Shown here: positions 17,961 to 26,705 of the stretch, one piece after another | How positions within the stretch are numbered: the first letter of the stretch is position 1 | Layout: every line of letters starts with the position of its first letter | Source of the DNA: Minisyncoccota bacterium | GTDB lineage: Bacteria; Patescibacteriota; Minisyncoccia; Minisyncoccales; GWA2-38-27 | DNA: 64,000 bases | NCBI GenBank assembly: GCA_028687715.1 | Contig: JAQTZP010000002.1 | Coordinates: forward strand, 20,038-84,037 | Direction of reading: 5' to 3' | Position numbers and translations under genes: made by a program | Notes under the pieces: model-generated | Told to the model about the DNA's origin: nothing | The model's input: only the letters and a program-made list of their open reading frames with translations | Database searches by the model: none

Positions 17961-20327
17961 TTATCTAGTGAATAATTCCTTTCCTTTTATCTGTCCTATT
18001 TTCTTTTCAAGTATTTTATTAGAACGATAATTCTGATATTTTTCCTTTTTTAAATCCAGCCATTGTTCAAAAGAAACAATCTTGGATTTAAACAGCCATA
18101 CGGCTATTAAAGCGAAGATGAGAGGGATAATCAATGAATCAAACAGAATATTGTCAGTAATGCCTGTTATAATAGTCGTAGCCCCTCCTATTGCTTTTCT
18201 GGTAACCAGCACTTTGGCAGTATTAGTATCAGAATAATCAGAACTATACGCTAAAGCGGTATTAATCAAAGTAGTTGTTCCATAGGTGAAATTCTCAACA
18301 GAAGCAACCTGGGCTTCAAAACTGATTGTTTTTATCTGGTTAGGGGATAAATCACCTGTATTTATTCCGCCCCTTGCATCTCCTGAAACAGAAACATTGT
18401 TAATTTTCAAGTTTCCTTTATAGATAAGATTTGAAGGCAGGGTATCTTTAACGATTAAGTCTCTGGTTAAGCTGCCTATGTTTGACCTTACTCTTATTTC
18501 AAAAACCAGCAAATCGTTGGGGTCTGCATTTATAGTGTTATAGAATCCCGAATCGCCTTTGGTTAAATTCTTAACGTATTTTTCAACTGAAAATCTTTCC
18601 AGCATACCTCCAGAGCTTACTCTTTCAGCAGTCAGACTAAAACTGCAGTTATTATTTGAAGTTCTGCCTTCAAGCCCGATTACAATATCGGAATAAGGCT
18701 TTCCCTGCCAGGTTTTAGTCCAATTATTGCTCGTATCGCTGTAAATCTGACTGCAGTTTGAATCATAAATCCTTAAATAATTTAAATTACAGCCGTAACC
18801 GCTCCAATTTAAAGTTATTTTAATTTCATCTGATGAAATTCCTGTAACTTTGTAATACTTATTGCTGTAGTCGTTTAAACAGCTGTTGATTGTTTGACCT
18901 AAATAAATATGAGAATCGGGATAATAGCAGGTTGAATTTGAAATGGGACAAATTGAACCATCGTGGTCCTTGTCCAAAACTCTAATTCTGACATCGTCAT
19001 AGCCTGTTAATCCAGTATTATCAGTTACTCTCAAAGTACATGTATAAGTTGTGGTAGAACTTACATAAGAAGCAGTATAAAGAGGCTGAGGATTATTGGC
19101 ATTTGAAAGATTGCCGCCTGTGCAAGTCCAGTAATAATACAAAGAACCGCCTTCAGGATCTGAACCTGAACCATTTAGATAAACTGACTGACCTTCATAG
19201 ACATCGCGGTCCGGCCCAGCATAAGCAGTGGGAGAAGACTGACCGGAACCTGAACTATAGAATGTTCTATCGGCGCCGTATGATACTCCTCGGCTGTTTT
19301 CAGCTACGGCTCTAAAATGATACAAAGTGTTTGGTGATAAATCATAGACAGCGGCACTGAAAGAACCAGTATTGTATTTTGAATAATGAGATGTCTCTCT
19401 GCCGTATGAGCTTGTTTGCCCCCACTCAAACCACACATTAGCAGAATCCATGCCTCCAAGATTCAGAAGGTTTCCATTAAGAGTTGCCTGATTGCTTGAG
19501 ATATTGGTAGCTTGGTTTGTTTCCACAGAAAGTTCCTGTGTCTGAACGCAATAACCATTTTGGCAGGTTTGACCCCCGCTGCATACTTGCTTCAGTTTAG
19601 CTTCAGTTGAACTGGTGCATGAAGAACTTGAGGTTCCTGGATTAAGACAGGTATACGTCTTATAATCCTGATAAACATTGCCTGACTGACAAAAGGTATT
19701 TCCAACGTATCCGTTTGTTCCGCAGTCGGAATTAGAAGAACAAACCGTGTTCACGCACTGACCGTTCTGACAAACTTGATTTGAAGAACAAGCTTGATAC
19801 AGCTCTCCCCTGTTTCCGCATGAATCATACCAATAGACATTATTGCCGAAACATTGCTTTGAAGATCTTAAAACGCATCCCATGCCGCAATTTGTAGCGC
19901 ATCTTACATTTTGAACATTTAGAGTACCTGCGGCCGCTGGAATGGTAATCCAAGAAGACCCGTCCCACCAGCTTAAATTCTGGTCATAACCGGTGCAGTA
20001 ATTATGGACGCTGGCTAAAAATGCATAAGAGTTGGCATCCTGGGTATACTGCTTGCAGAACTGATTTAGTGAATTCAAATCAGGCTTTAAACGGCTTGGC
20101 GAACCAAATATCAGCGTAGCCTTATAATCCTGCTCTAAGGCCCCTAAAGTGGATACGCTTGAAGAACAGGTAACGCCTTCAGGCGCACCTATATCCCACG
20201 AAGCTCCATTACATTGAGTCGGAGCGGGAAAATTAGGATTTTGAGCCGCATCTACGCTCAAAGAAGAAAAATAAAATACAGCAAAAACTACTGCTGTTAA
20301 AATAAACAAATTCCGAATTATCTTCAT
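17961..20327 (-). CDS. large Cys-rich surface protein (fn3-like, PKD-like, DUF11-like repeats, C-terminal TM anchor)
   Basis: 788 aa with a signal peptide and a Cys-rich module (..CQNGQCV.. repeated). Contains a PKD-like AGPDRDVYEGQSVYLNGSGSDPEGG..TCTLRVTD and a C-terminal hydrophobic helix followed by a charged tail. Confidence 0.8.
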   Translation of the reverse strand: MKIIRNLFILTAVVFAVFYFSSLSVDAAQNPNFPAPTQCNGASWDIGAPEGVTCSSSVSTLGALEQDYKATLIFGSPSRLKPDLNSLNQFCKQYTQDANSYAFLASVHNYCTGYDQNLSWWDGSSWITIPAAAGTLNVQNVRCATNCGMGCVLRSSKQCFGNNVYWYDSCGNRGELYQACSSNQVCQNGQCVNTVCSSNSDCGTNGYVGNTFCQSGNVYQDYKTYTCLNPGTSSSSCTSSTEAKLKQVCSGGQTCQNGYCVQTQELSVETNQATNISSNQATLNGNLLNLGGMDSANVWFEWGQTSSYGRETSHYSKYNTGSFSAAVYDLSPNTLYHFRAVAENSRGVSYGADRTFYSSGSGQSSPTAYAGPDRDVYEGQSVYLNGSGSDPEGGSLYYYWTCTGGNLSNANNPQPLYTASYVSSTTTYTCTLRVTDNTGLTGYDDVRIRVLDKDHDGSICPISNSTCYYPDSHIYLGQTINSCLNDYSNKYYKVTGISSDEIKITLNWSGYGCNLNYLRIYDSNCSQIYSDTSNNWTKTWQGKPYSDIVIGLEGRTSNNNCSFSLTAERVSSGGMLERFSVEKYVKNLTKGDSGFYNTINADPNDLLVFEIRVRSNIGSLTRDLIVKDTLPSNLIYKGNLKINNVSVSGDARGGINTGDLSPNQIKTISFEAQVASVENFTYGTTTLINTALAYSSDYSDTNTAKVLVTRKAIGGATTIITGITDNILFDSLIIPLIFALIAVWLFKSKIVSFEQWLDLKKEKYQNYRSNKILEKKIGQIKGKELFTR

Positions 20328-20351
20328 AAATAATTTATTATCTTTAATTAT

Positions 20352-21014
20352 TTAATTATTTTTAACCGACTTTGCCTCTACGACAATTCTTTCTAAATCC
20401 TTGCCTGGAGGCCAACAACTTATTAATGTTAACATATTGTTAGAATTTGTCAATACATCTGGAACTTCTTGACCCTTGTCTAAAAAGTATTTATCTTCAA
20501 CATAATAAAGATATTCTCTGTTATTGAAATTGACTATTATCTTATCCCCTTTCTCAAGCAGGTTAAGCTCGTTGAATATCCAATCATAGTTTATCTTCGG
20601 CCAGCCGACAGGCGCGCTATGGCCTAAAATTATAGTTCTGCCTTCTTTGCCGGGCAAAGCTGAACTAGGATAATAAACCACTCCGCTTCTTAAATCCTTT
20701 AAAATGTAAGAGTTGTCAGTTCCGCTTCCAATAACTATCGGGGCAAAAACATCAATCTTTTCAATCTCCAAGCTGTTCTCTTTATCAGTGTATCTATAAT
20801 AATCTGTTTCTTTAAATTCCTCTTCTTTTAATTCTATTCTGGTAATGGAATTTGAAGCTTCATTGTTTTCTTTATTCGCGAAAGAAGAAAAAGCCTCTGA
20901 GAGGAAATTAAGATTAAAGAGCCAGGAGATATTAGCCCAGTTGGCAACCATAAAAACAACTAAGAAGACGACTATAAAGTATTTTATGAGTTTCTTTTCA
21001 TTTCTTGATTCCAT
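20352..21014 (-). CDS. sortase-family transpeptidase
   Basis: 220 aa with an N-terminal TM, a catalytic His region (IILGHS) and the Cys motif LTLISCWPP (TLxTC-like). Confidence 0.75.
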   Translation of the reverse strand: MESRNEKKLIKYFIVVFLVVFMVANWANISWLFNLNFLSEAFSSFANKENNEASNSITRIELKEEEFKETDYYRYTDKENSLEIEKIDVFAPIVIGSGTDNSYILKDLRSGVVYYPSSALPGKEGRTIILGHSAPVGWPKINYDWIFNELNLLEKGDKIIVNFNNREYLYYVEDKYFLDKGQEVPDVLTNSNNMLTLISCWPPGKDLERIVVEAKSVKNN

Positions 21015-21015
21015 A

Positions 21016-21969
21016 CTAGTAAATAACTATATTATGAGGAATAAAATTAATTATTAAGTCTTTGTCTATTATGATTGAAAAAGACAATAGGATTATAAAA
21101 ATAATGGTTTTAAAAATTAAGTCTCTATGCTGAATATTAAATTTAACAAATATATTGATTATAAGCAATAAAACAGCCAATATCAAACTTGTATAACTTA
21201 TTTTCTGAATTAAAGATTCGTAATTAAAGAATATGAAAGAAAAGATGTTAAAAGCAAAGTTGCCTTCTTGCCTGGAAACCCCTTTAATTTCTTTAAAAGA
21301 AACTTCTGGGGCTGGTTCGGTATAAATTTCCTCTTCTTTCCTTTCCTCTAAAGGAACCTCCTCTGTTGTAACTTTAACCTCTGAAATTTCGGCTAAAATT
21401 GGCTTTTTAGCGCCGAACATCTCAACAACTACAGTGGTTTCGTTGCCGGAGAATTCTCCTTTTACAACAGCTATCCCTATCTCTTTGTAATTAGAATTTA
21501 AAAGATTGTATCTGTGCGACTCTGAATTTAATAATGCCTGATGAACTTCTTCAGAGTCAACAAACCCTATAGCGATATTTTCTCCAGCAAATTTATAATT
21601 ATACCCTACTAAATTAAACCAATACCAGGGAGAGAAACCCTCTGGCGTATTATGGGAGAAATAATCCTTTTCAAGCATATCTTCGGCTTTTAAAGCAGCG
21701 GCTTCAACAAGTTTTACATCTTCGCTAAAAGGCTCTATTCCTAAAGCTTTCCTTTCATTATTTATAAGGGTCAGTAAAGAAGTTCTGGTTATGTCTGCGA
21801 AAAAAGAGCTTTTAGGAAAATAAATAAAGAATGGAACGGCAACCAGCTTTAAAATAAATATAAAGATAACTAAATAAAGGAGAAAGTCTCCTTCAATTAT
21901 CTTAGGCCTGTAATTATTCCCGCTTAGAGGAATTATAGCTAATTTTAATCTATAAATTATATCTTTCAC
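21016..21969 (-). CDS. CAP/SCP (YkwD-like) domain protein with membrane segments
   Basis: LINNERKALGI..., FSHNTPEG, ENIAIGF and HR.NLLNSNYKEIGIAVV are typical of the CAP domain. Confidence 0.75.
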   Translation of the reverse strand: MKDIIYRLKLAIIPLSGNNYRPKIIEGDFLLYLVIFIFILKLVAVPFFIYFPKSSFFADITRTSLLTLINNERKALGIEPFSEDVKLVEAAALKAEDMLEKDYFSHNTPEGFSPWYWFNLVGYNYKFAGENIAIGFVDSEEVHQALLNSESHRYNLLNSNYKEIGIAVVKGEFSGNETTVVVEMFGAKKPILAEISEVKVTTEEVPLEERKEEEIYTEPAPEVSFKEIKGVSRQEGNFAFNIFSFIFFNYESLIQKISYTSLILAVLLLIINIFVKFNIQHRDLIFKTIIFIILLSFSIIIDKDLIINFIPHNIVIY

Positions 21970-22010
21970 AAGAATATAATAACAAAAAAACTATAAAAAG
22001 TCAATATCAA

Positions 22011-22052
22011 CAAAAAACCCGAGAAAACCTTAAAATTAAGATGTTCTCGGGT
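22011..22052 (-). terminator. intrinsic terminator after the DUF378 gene
   Basis: ACCCGAGAA-loop-TTCTCGGGT, then a U-run on the minus strand. Confidence 0.65.
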
Positions 22053-22068
22053 AAAAAATAGAGTACTA

Positions 22069-22275
22069 TTATTTTTTTGTAAGCTGAACAGAGATTACTG
22101 CCATATAAACAGCTGCCAAACCTACAACAACATATACTGCCCTAGTAAGCATTGACATCTCTCCTAAGATGCCAGCAACTAGATCGTATTCAAGCAATCC
22201 TTTTAAAGCCCAGTTTAAACCTCCTATAATAACTAAGACTAGTGAAACCCAGTCTAAAGTATTTAGTTTTTTCAT
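22069..22275 (-). CDS. DUF378 small membrane protein
   Basis: 68 aa. LDWVSLVLVIIGGLNWALKGL is typical of DUF378. Confidence 0.8.
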   Translation of the reverse strand: MKKLNTLDWVSLVLVIIGGLNWALKGLLEYDLVAGILGEMSMLTRAVYVVVGLAAVYMAVISVQLTKK

Positions 22276-22345
22276 ATCTTAATATGTAAATTATATTATT
22301 AAGGCCGGCCTTTAATATATTATAGCATAAAAACAAAAGAATAGG

Positions 22346-22618
22346 TCAAGCGCTGATGCTCATTAATCCTTTAACGGCTAAAAGCGCTGATGCCGTATAT
22401 AGAATAAAAGGAGGGACTACTGTAAAAAAACTAAGTAAAAACATAAGTCCGGAAAAAGCATCGAGAGCGCTTCCGATATCAAGTATGAAGATAAGGGCTT
22501 TTATAAATAAATAAGCTGTTATAAATATTAACAGCTCATGGGGCGCTTCAATATTTAAAGCAATTCCAGCCAAAAGAATTGCAGCAGATACATCTAAAAT
22601 TCCTAATATCTTTAACAT
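22346..22618 (-). CDS. small polytopic membrane protein, unknown
   Basis: 90 aa, fully hydrophobic. Confidence 0.45.
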   Translation of the reverse strand: MLKILGILDVSAAILLAGIALNIEAPHELLIFITAYLFIKALIFILDIGSALDAFSGLMFLLSFFTVVPPFILYTASALLAVKGLMSISA

Positions 22619-22620
22619 AT

Positions 22621-23487
22621 CTAAGGCTGCAGGATATCTTCAGTTCTTCCATCTATTGAAATAACAACTTCTTCTACCGTAGGAAACTGCTTTAATGTTT
22701 CAGTAATTTGGGCCCTGATGGCAGCTACTCTGCAGGAGCCTCCAACCTGATATTCAAGTTGCTGGTTAAAATCCACACTTAAAACCCCATCTTTAATAGT
22801 TAAGCTTTGGATACCAACCCCTGAATTTATATTCGTAAAAAAGCCTTGGGATTTTTCTTGTTCGGCAGGACCCTTCAAAAGCTCAACTAAAGCAGCTCTG
22901 GCAACTGCTTCAGTTTTTTCTATTGTTCTTTCAACAGGAAAAACCTTATTGCAGGAAAACTCTGGGTCAAGATTATTGTTATTGAAATATAATTTTACAA
23001 CCATAGTCTCTCCCGAACCTTTTGAAAATTTTATTGGCAGCCTGAATTCTCTATCGTTTTCTGAAAGACCGCTCGGATTTTCATTTCTAAAGACTAAAAA
23101 GCCGTTTTCAGGACCGGGATTATTAAATTCTAAGACAGCTTCAAAATTAATCGGGGGATTAGTCCAAGAGGTCTTTGCAGTCAATATTGAAAAAGCCAGC
23201 TCCTGATTATTTTCATCTATAAGGGTGACTGTTCCAGTCTGACCTTCAAAACCAATCCAGCCGCCTCCATTTACATAGCCAGTTATCTTTAACGGAGAGG
23301 AAATAAAGCTGTTTGATTGGGGCATTACAACCGTTATTCCTTTTTTATTATCTTTGACAAAGAATTCAAACTTATCTTCAGAGGAGAAGTTTGAAATGAT
23401 AACAGCCCAAACAATAATCCAAATCAAAAGCAGTAATGAAACTATCAAAATAACCGCAAGAAAAGATTTTAATTTATCATTGTTCAT
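22621..23487 (-). CDS. membrane-anchored Gmad2 (Ig-like) + GerMN domain protein
   Basis: The C-terminal region AVARAALVELLKGP...LTIKDGVLSVDFN...VVISIDG looks like GerMN. Confidence 0.7.
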   Translation of the reverse strand: MNNDKLKSFLAVILIVSLLLLIWIIVWAVIISNFSSEDKFEFFVKDNKKGITVVMPQSNSFISSPLKITGYVNGGGWIGFEGQTGTVTLIDENNQELAFSILTAKTSWTNPPINFEAVLEFNNPGPENGFLVFRNENPSGLSENDREFRLPIKFSKGSGETMVVKLYFNNNNLDPEFSCNKVFPVERTIEKTEAVARAALVELLKGPAEQEKSQGFFTNINSGVGIQSLTIKDGVLSVDFNQQLEYQVGGSCRVAAIRAQITETLKQFPTVEEVVISIDGRTEDILQP

Positions 23488-23504
23488 ATTAATTAACCTA
23501 TAAA

Positions 23505-24032
23505 TTACTCCCGGCAGCAGTCAAGTATCTTATTTATTATCCTGCCAAGCCCGGAGAAAATAGATGTTTTTTGGCCCTTTTCCAGCTTTATATCCGTTTC
23601 TTCATTCTGTTTGATATCGTCTATACCTATCAAATCAAGATTAAGGCCCCAGAAAAGGTTCCATAAATTAAAGGCATTGTCAAAAAGGTCTTTTGCCTCT
23701 TCTTTTTTATTCTCGTTATTCTTTTTGGTGCCAACTTCTATCAATCTCATTGAAGCGGCTAAGAGGTGCTTTGAAATGCACCATATTTCTCCTTCTGGAT
23801 TCTTAACTATCATTGCCAAGTATTTCTTTCTCATTTCCCTTACTTCATTCGCCATATTCAGGTACTTTTCCTTTTTTGTCTTCTCATAAGTAAAAAATAG
23901 ATGCTCCTCAATGGAGATAAGATTCATTATTCCTATCGCTAAATCCTCTTTTGAAGACAAATCTATTTTATCCGATTCTTTATAACTTTTAATTTTATCT
24001 AAAAACTCTTTTGTGCTCTTCATATTCTCCAT
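23505..24032 (-). CDS. hypothetical 175-aa protein
   Basis: Clean ORF 6 nt downstream of the preceding gene. No motif recognised. The C-terminus ends in CC. Confidence 0.5.
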   Translation of the reverse strand: MENMKSTKEFLDKIKSYKESDKIDLSSKEDLAIGIMNLISIEEHLFFTYEKTKKEKYLNMANEVREMRKKYLAMIVKNPEGEIWCISKHLLAASMRLIEVGTKKNNENKKEEAKDLFDNAFNLWNLFWGLNLDLIGIDDIKQNEETDIKLEKGQKTSIFSGLGRIINKILDCCRE

Positions 24033-24037
24033 ATTTT

Positions 24038-24481
24038 TTATCTGCAGAATATGTAATACAACATTAAGCTTGCAGCTGTTAAAATTAATAAAGGAATGAT
24101 AACTTTTTGGTATGGGAAATAGGCTTTATTATTATTTATCTGGCGTATTTTCTTATCAATATAGATTGATGAAAATCCCAGGATAATGCCTAGTCCTGTT
24201 CCGAAATAAATGCGATTGAGACCAAATATCTTTTGGCAGACATCTGGGATAAGCCCGAATTGATGAAGAGGAATAAATGTTAAAAAAAGATAAACTGATA
24301 ATATGAAAAATAAGGCGCTGAAAGGCTTTTTCTCTTCTGACTTGAAGAATAAATTCAGGGTCCAGATTGACAAAGCTAAAATTAAAGCACCTGACCAAAT
24401 GCCTAAAATAGAATCATCAATATTGAGCCACCGTGAAATTCCCAAACCAGCGGCTATGCTTAAAGCGCAAACAGGACACAT
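24038..24481 (-). CDS. small polytopic membrane protein starting MCPVC, unknown function
   Basis: 147 aa with 4-5 hydrophobic helices. It is the first gene downstream of the structured RNA at 24.5-24.8 kb. Confidence 0.55.
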   Translation of the reverse strand: MCPVCALSIAAGLGISRWLNIDDSILGIWSGALILALSIWTLNLFFKSEEKKPFSALFFILSVYLFLTFIPLHQFGLIPDVCQKIFGLNRIYFGTGLGIILGFSSIYIDKKIRQINNNKAYFPYQKVIIPLLILTAASLMLYYIFCR

Positions 24482-24526
24482 ATATTTTTATTTTATTAGA
24501 GATTAAAAGAAAAATCAATAGTTAAT

Positions 24527-24815
24527 AAAAAAACAGCCCTTCCCGGCTATGTTCAGATGGATTCCTCATAGAGGTCTCCTGATGGAACATATGCCAAGAA
24601 GGGCTTGCGCAGTTATAGGTGTGGTGAAAAACCAACCACCTACGGCCAGTGCATCTTCTTTCCTCCGGTAAAGGGCCTGCTCGCAAAGATTACCTTGCAG
24701 AACCGGTTAGTATTCCTTTACTAATGGTAAATAAACTGAACCGCGTATTAACGAGATAGGCAACGAAGCATCTGCTTAAAGCAAAACCTCATTGCCTGTC
24801 TATTTTCATTGTACT
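24527..24815 (-). ncRNA. structured RNA of unknown class (riboswitch-type leader or stand-alone sRNA)
   Basis: GC-richer than its flanks, with no ORF. It sits between a consensus promoter and a long terminator hairpin (24535-24605, including 13 bp AGCCCUUCUUGGC/GCCGGGAAGGGCU) followed by U7. Confidence 0.45.
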
Positions 24816-24821
24816 GCTGAC

Positions 24822-24849
24822 ATTATATCATACCTATATAATTTGTCAA
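24822..24849 (-). promoter_or_regulatory. near-consensus sigma70 promoter TTGACA-N16-TGaTATAAT
   Basis: -35 at 24849..24844, overlapping the DUF167 stop codon. Extended -10 at 24830..24822. Confidence 0.6.
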
Positions 24850-25073
24850 GCCTTTTCCCCTATTTCTACTATTTTCTGCCTGGATCTTAACCCTGAGATA
24901 ATTCTAATCTTTAAAGGACTTATTTTGAAATAGTCTGATAAAATACTTATTAAAGCGCGGTTAGCTTTCCCTTTTTCCGGTATCTCCTTTACAGAAACAA
25001 TGAAATGATCTTTATCAACCTTGTCCACTTTTTCCTCTCTAGAGCCTACTTTTACCTTTACAAATATTTTCAT
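24846..25073 (-). CDS. DUF167 (YggU-like) protein
   Basis: 75 aa. VKEIPEKGKANRALISILSDYFKI...IISGLRSRQKIVEI is typical of the family. Confidence 0.8.
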   Translation of the reverse strand: MKIFVKVKVGSREEKVDKVDKDHFIVSVKEIPEKGKANRALISILSDYFKISPLKIRIISGLRSRQKIVEIGEKA

Positions 25074-25078
25074 ATTTT

Positions 25079-26295
25079 AAGAAATTGACTTGACTATATT
25101 TTTATTCTAACTCTTTTTCAGAAATGCATAATATCACATACATATTGGACTCCATAAGGCCTCAGCCTCATGGCGTTTTATCACAAAATACATTGTAAGT
25201 TCACTGGCATTAAAGGATTTGTAAACGCATACGAAGATGGGTTAAAGTATCGTATGCTTACAGAAAAAGCCAAATACAAGGCCAAGGTATTAGTATTCTG
25301 GGAAAAGCACGGCCTTGAGGCTACAATGGATGCTTTCCCAGTAAAGAGGTCAGTCCTGTTTCTCTGGAAAAAGACTCTCAAAGAAAACCAGGGTAAATTG
25401 ATATCTCTAAATGACAAGAAGCGTGTCCCAAAAACCACAAGAAAACGAGAATGGCCATTTGAAATCAGACAGAGAATCAAACAAATCAGACATAATCCGC
25501 TTCATCCAAATTTAGGCCCGGAGAAGATATATTCCTTATTGGAGAAATTCTGTAAAGAGAAAAAGTTAAAATGCCCCAAGCCCATAACTATTGCCCGTAT
25601 CATTGCAGATGACCCTGAAAAGATGAGGATATTCCCTCAGAAGATATCGCACTTTGGGAAGATTAAAAAAGCTAATCGTCAAAAGGTATTACGCAAGCCT
25701 AAGGGCATAAAACCCGAGTATCCAGGCCATTTAATCGCTTTAGACACCATAGAGAAGTTCATCAACGGTACGAGACGTTATGTGATTACCTTTGAAGACA
25801 TATATACACGTTTTTCTTTTGCCTGGGCTACCAAATCACATGCCTCGTTAGCTGCTGAAGAATTCTTTAATCTATGCCTGAAAGTATTTCCGTATTCGTT
25901 TAATTTCCTTTATGTGCTCACAGATAACGGTTCTGAGTTCAAGAAACACTTTTCTAAAAGATTAAAAGAACTTCATTTGATACATTACCATACTTATCCT
26001 AAAACCCCGAGAATGAATGCTTATGTTGAACGTTTTAACAGGACTATACAAGATGACTGGATCAACTGGCATCTTCACCAACTGATAGACCCTGATGTTT
26101 TTAACCGTTCTCTTATCGATTACCTGATTTTCTACAACACAGAAAGAGTGCATTATGCTTTTCAAAACAAACTATCTCCGATACAATTTATGATACAATG
26201 GCAGAAAGAGCAAATGGTTAAAAACAGCCTTTCATTACAAACCATTAAATTCCCTTATGAGTCCAAAATTGGGTGGTATTATACAAGAAATTGAC
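25079..26295 (+). mobile_element. IS481-like insertion sequence (boundaries uncertain)
   Basis: Single rve/DDE transposase ORF. 11-bp direct repeats AAGAAATTGAC at 25079-25089 and 26285-26295. Internal 15-bp inverted repeat TTGGACTCCATAAGG (25145-25159) / CCTTATGAGTCCAA (26253-26266). Confidence 0.55.
25170..26294 (+). CDS. DDE transposase, integrase-core (rve) type, IS481-like
   Basis: 374 aa with an N-terminal HTH region. DD35E-type triad in ALDTIEK ... LTDNGSEF ... YVERFNRT. Confidence 0.88.
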   Translation: MAFYHKIHCKFTGIKGFVNAYEDGLKYRMLTEKAKYKAKVLVFWEKHGLEATMDAFPVKRSVLFLWKKTLKENQGKLISLNDKKRVPKTTRKREWPFEIRQRIKQIRHNPLHPNLGPEKIYSLLEKFCKEKKLKCPKPITIARIIADDPEKMRIFPQKISHFGKIKKANRQKVLRKPKGIKPEYPGHLIALDTIEKFINGTRRYVITFEDIYTRFSFAWATKSHASLAAEEFFNLCLKVFPYSFNFLYVLTDNGSEFKKHFSKRLKELHLIHYHTYPKTPRMNAYVERFNRTIQDDWINWHLHQLIDPDVFNRSLIDYLIFYNTERVHYAFQNKLSPIQFMIQWQKEQMVKNSLSLQTIKFPYESKIGWYYTRN

Positions 26296-26318
26296 AAAAG
26301 TCTCAATTATGATAAGAT
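26291..26318 (+). promoter_or_regulatory. candidate rnpB promoter TTGACA-N16-TAAGAT
   Basis: The -35 overlaps the transposase TGA stop. The predicted start coincides with the 5' end of the RNase P P1 stem (about 26325). Confidence 0.5.
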
Positions 26319-26324
26319 ATATGT

Positions 26325-26663
26325 GTCTTAGCAAGATGAGTGACCGCTCCGCTTTTGCGGGGAGGAAAGTCCGAACACTCTCCCAATAATTGGGATAAAA
26401 AAGTAATGGCCTATAAAGCCATCGTCTCTGGCAGAATACTGCTGGAACAGAGGTGCGAACAGAAACGCCTTGATTTTGAAAAAAATCAGGTGCCCGAAAG
26501 GGCAAGTTCTGAAGGAAACTTCAGAAATGAAACGGCTAAATCCTTACTGAGTGCAAGAACAAACCAGAAGTTTATGCAGATTCATCTTAAACTTTTGGAA
26601 AAAGTAGTTCGCTTAGACAGATGGTCACATAAAACAGAATTCGGCTTACGGTCTTGCTAAGAC
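26325..26663 (+). ncRNA. rnpB: RNase P RNA, bacterial type
   Basis: Conserved GAGGAAAGTCCG (CR-I/P4 5' strand) and ACAGAATTCGGCTTAC (P4 3' strand). P1 pairing is GTCTTAGCAAGA (26325-26336) with TCTTGCTAAGAC (26652-26663). Confidence 0.9.
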
Positions 26664-26670
26664 AATAAAG

Positions 26671-26694
26671 AATCCGCCAAAAGCGGATTTTTTA
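26671..26694 (+). terminator. intrinsic terminator after rnpB
   Basis: AATCCGC-caaaa-GCGGATT followed by a T-run. Confidence 0.7.
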
Positions 26695-26705
26695 TTCCTT
26701 TATCT

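Noticed and set aside
24527-24815. A confident call of a cobalamin riboswitch.
   Set aside because: Only three short ordered motif resemblances were found. The B12-box-like CAGGAGACCU sits in the apex of the terminator hairpin, and my manual fold does not give the cobalamin core. I keep it as a hypothesis to test with a covariance model, not as an annotation.
26245-26660. ORFs 26340..26660+ (106 aa) and 26245..26505- (86 aa).
   Set aside because: They lie within the RNase P RNA gene, which explains the sequence.
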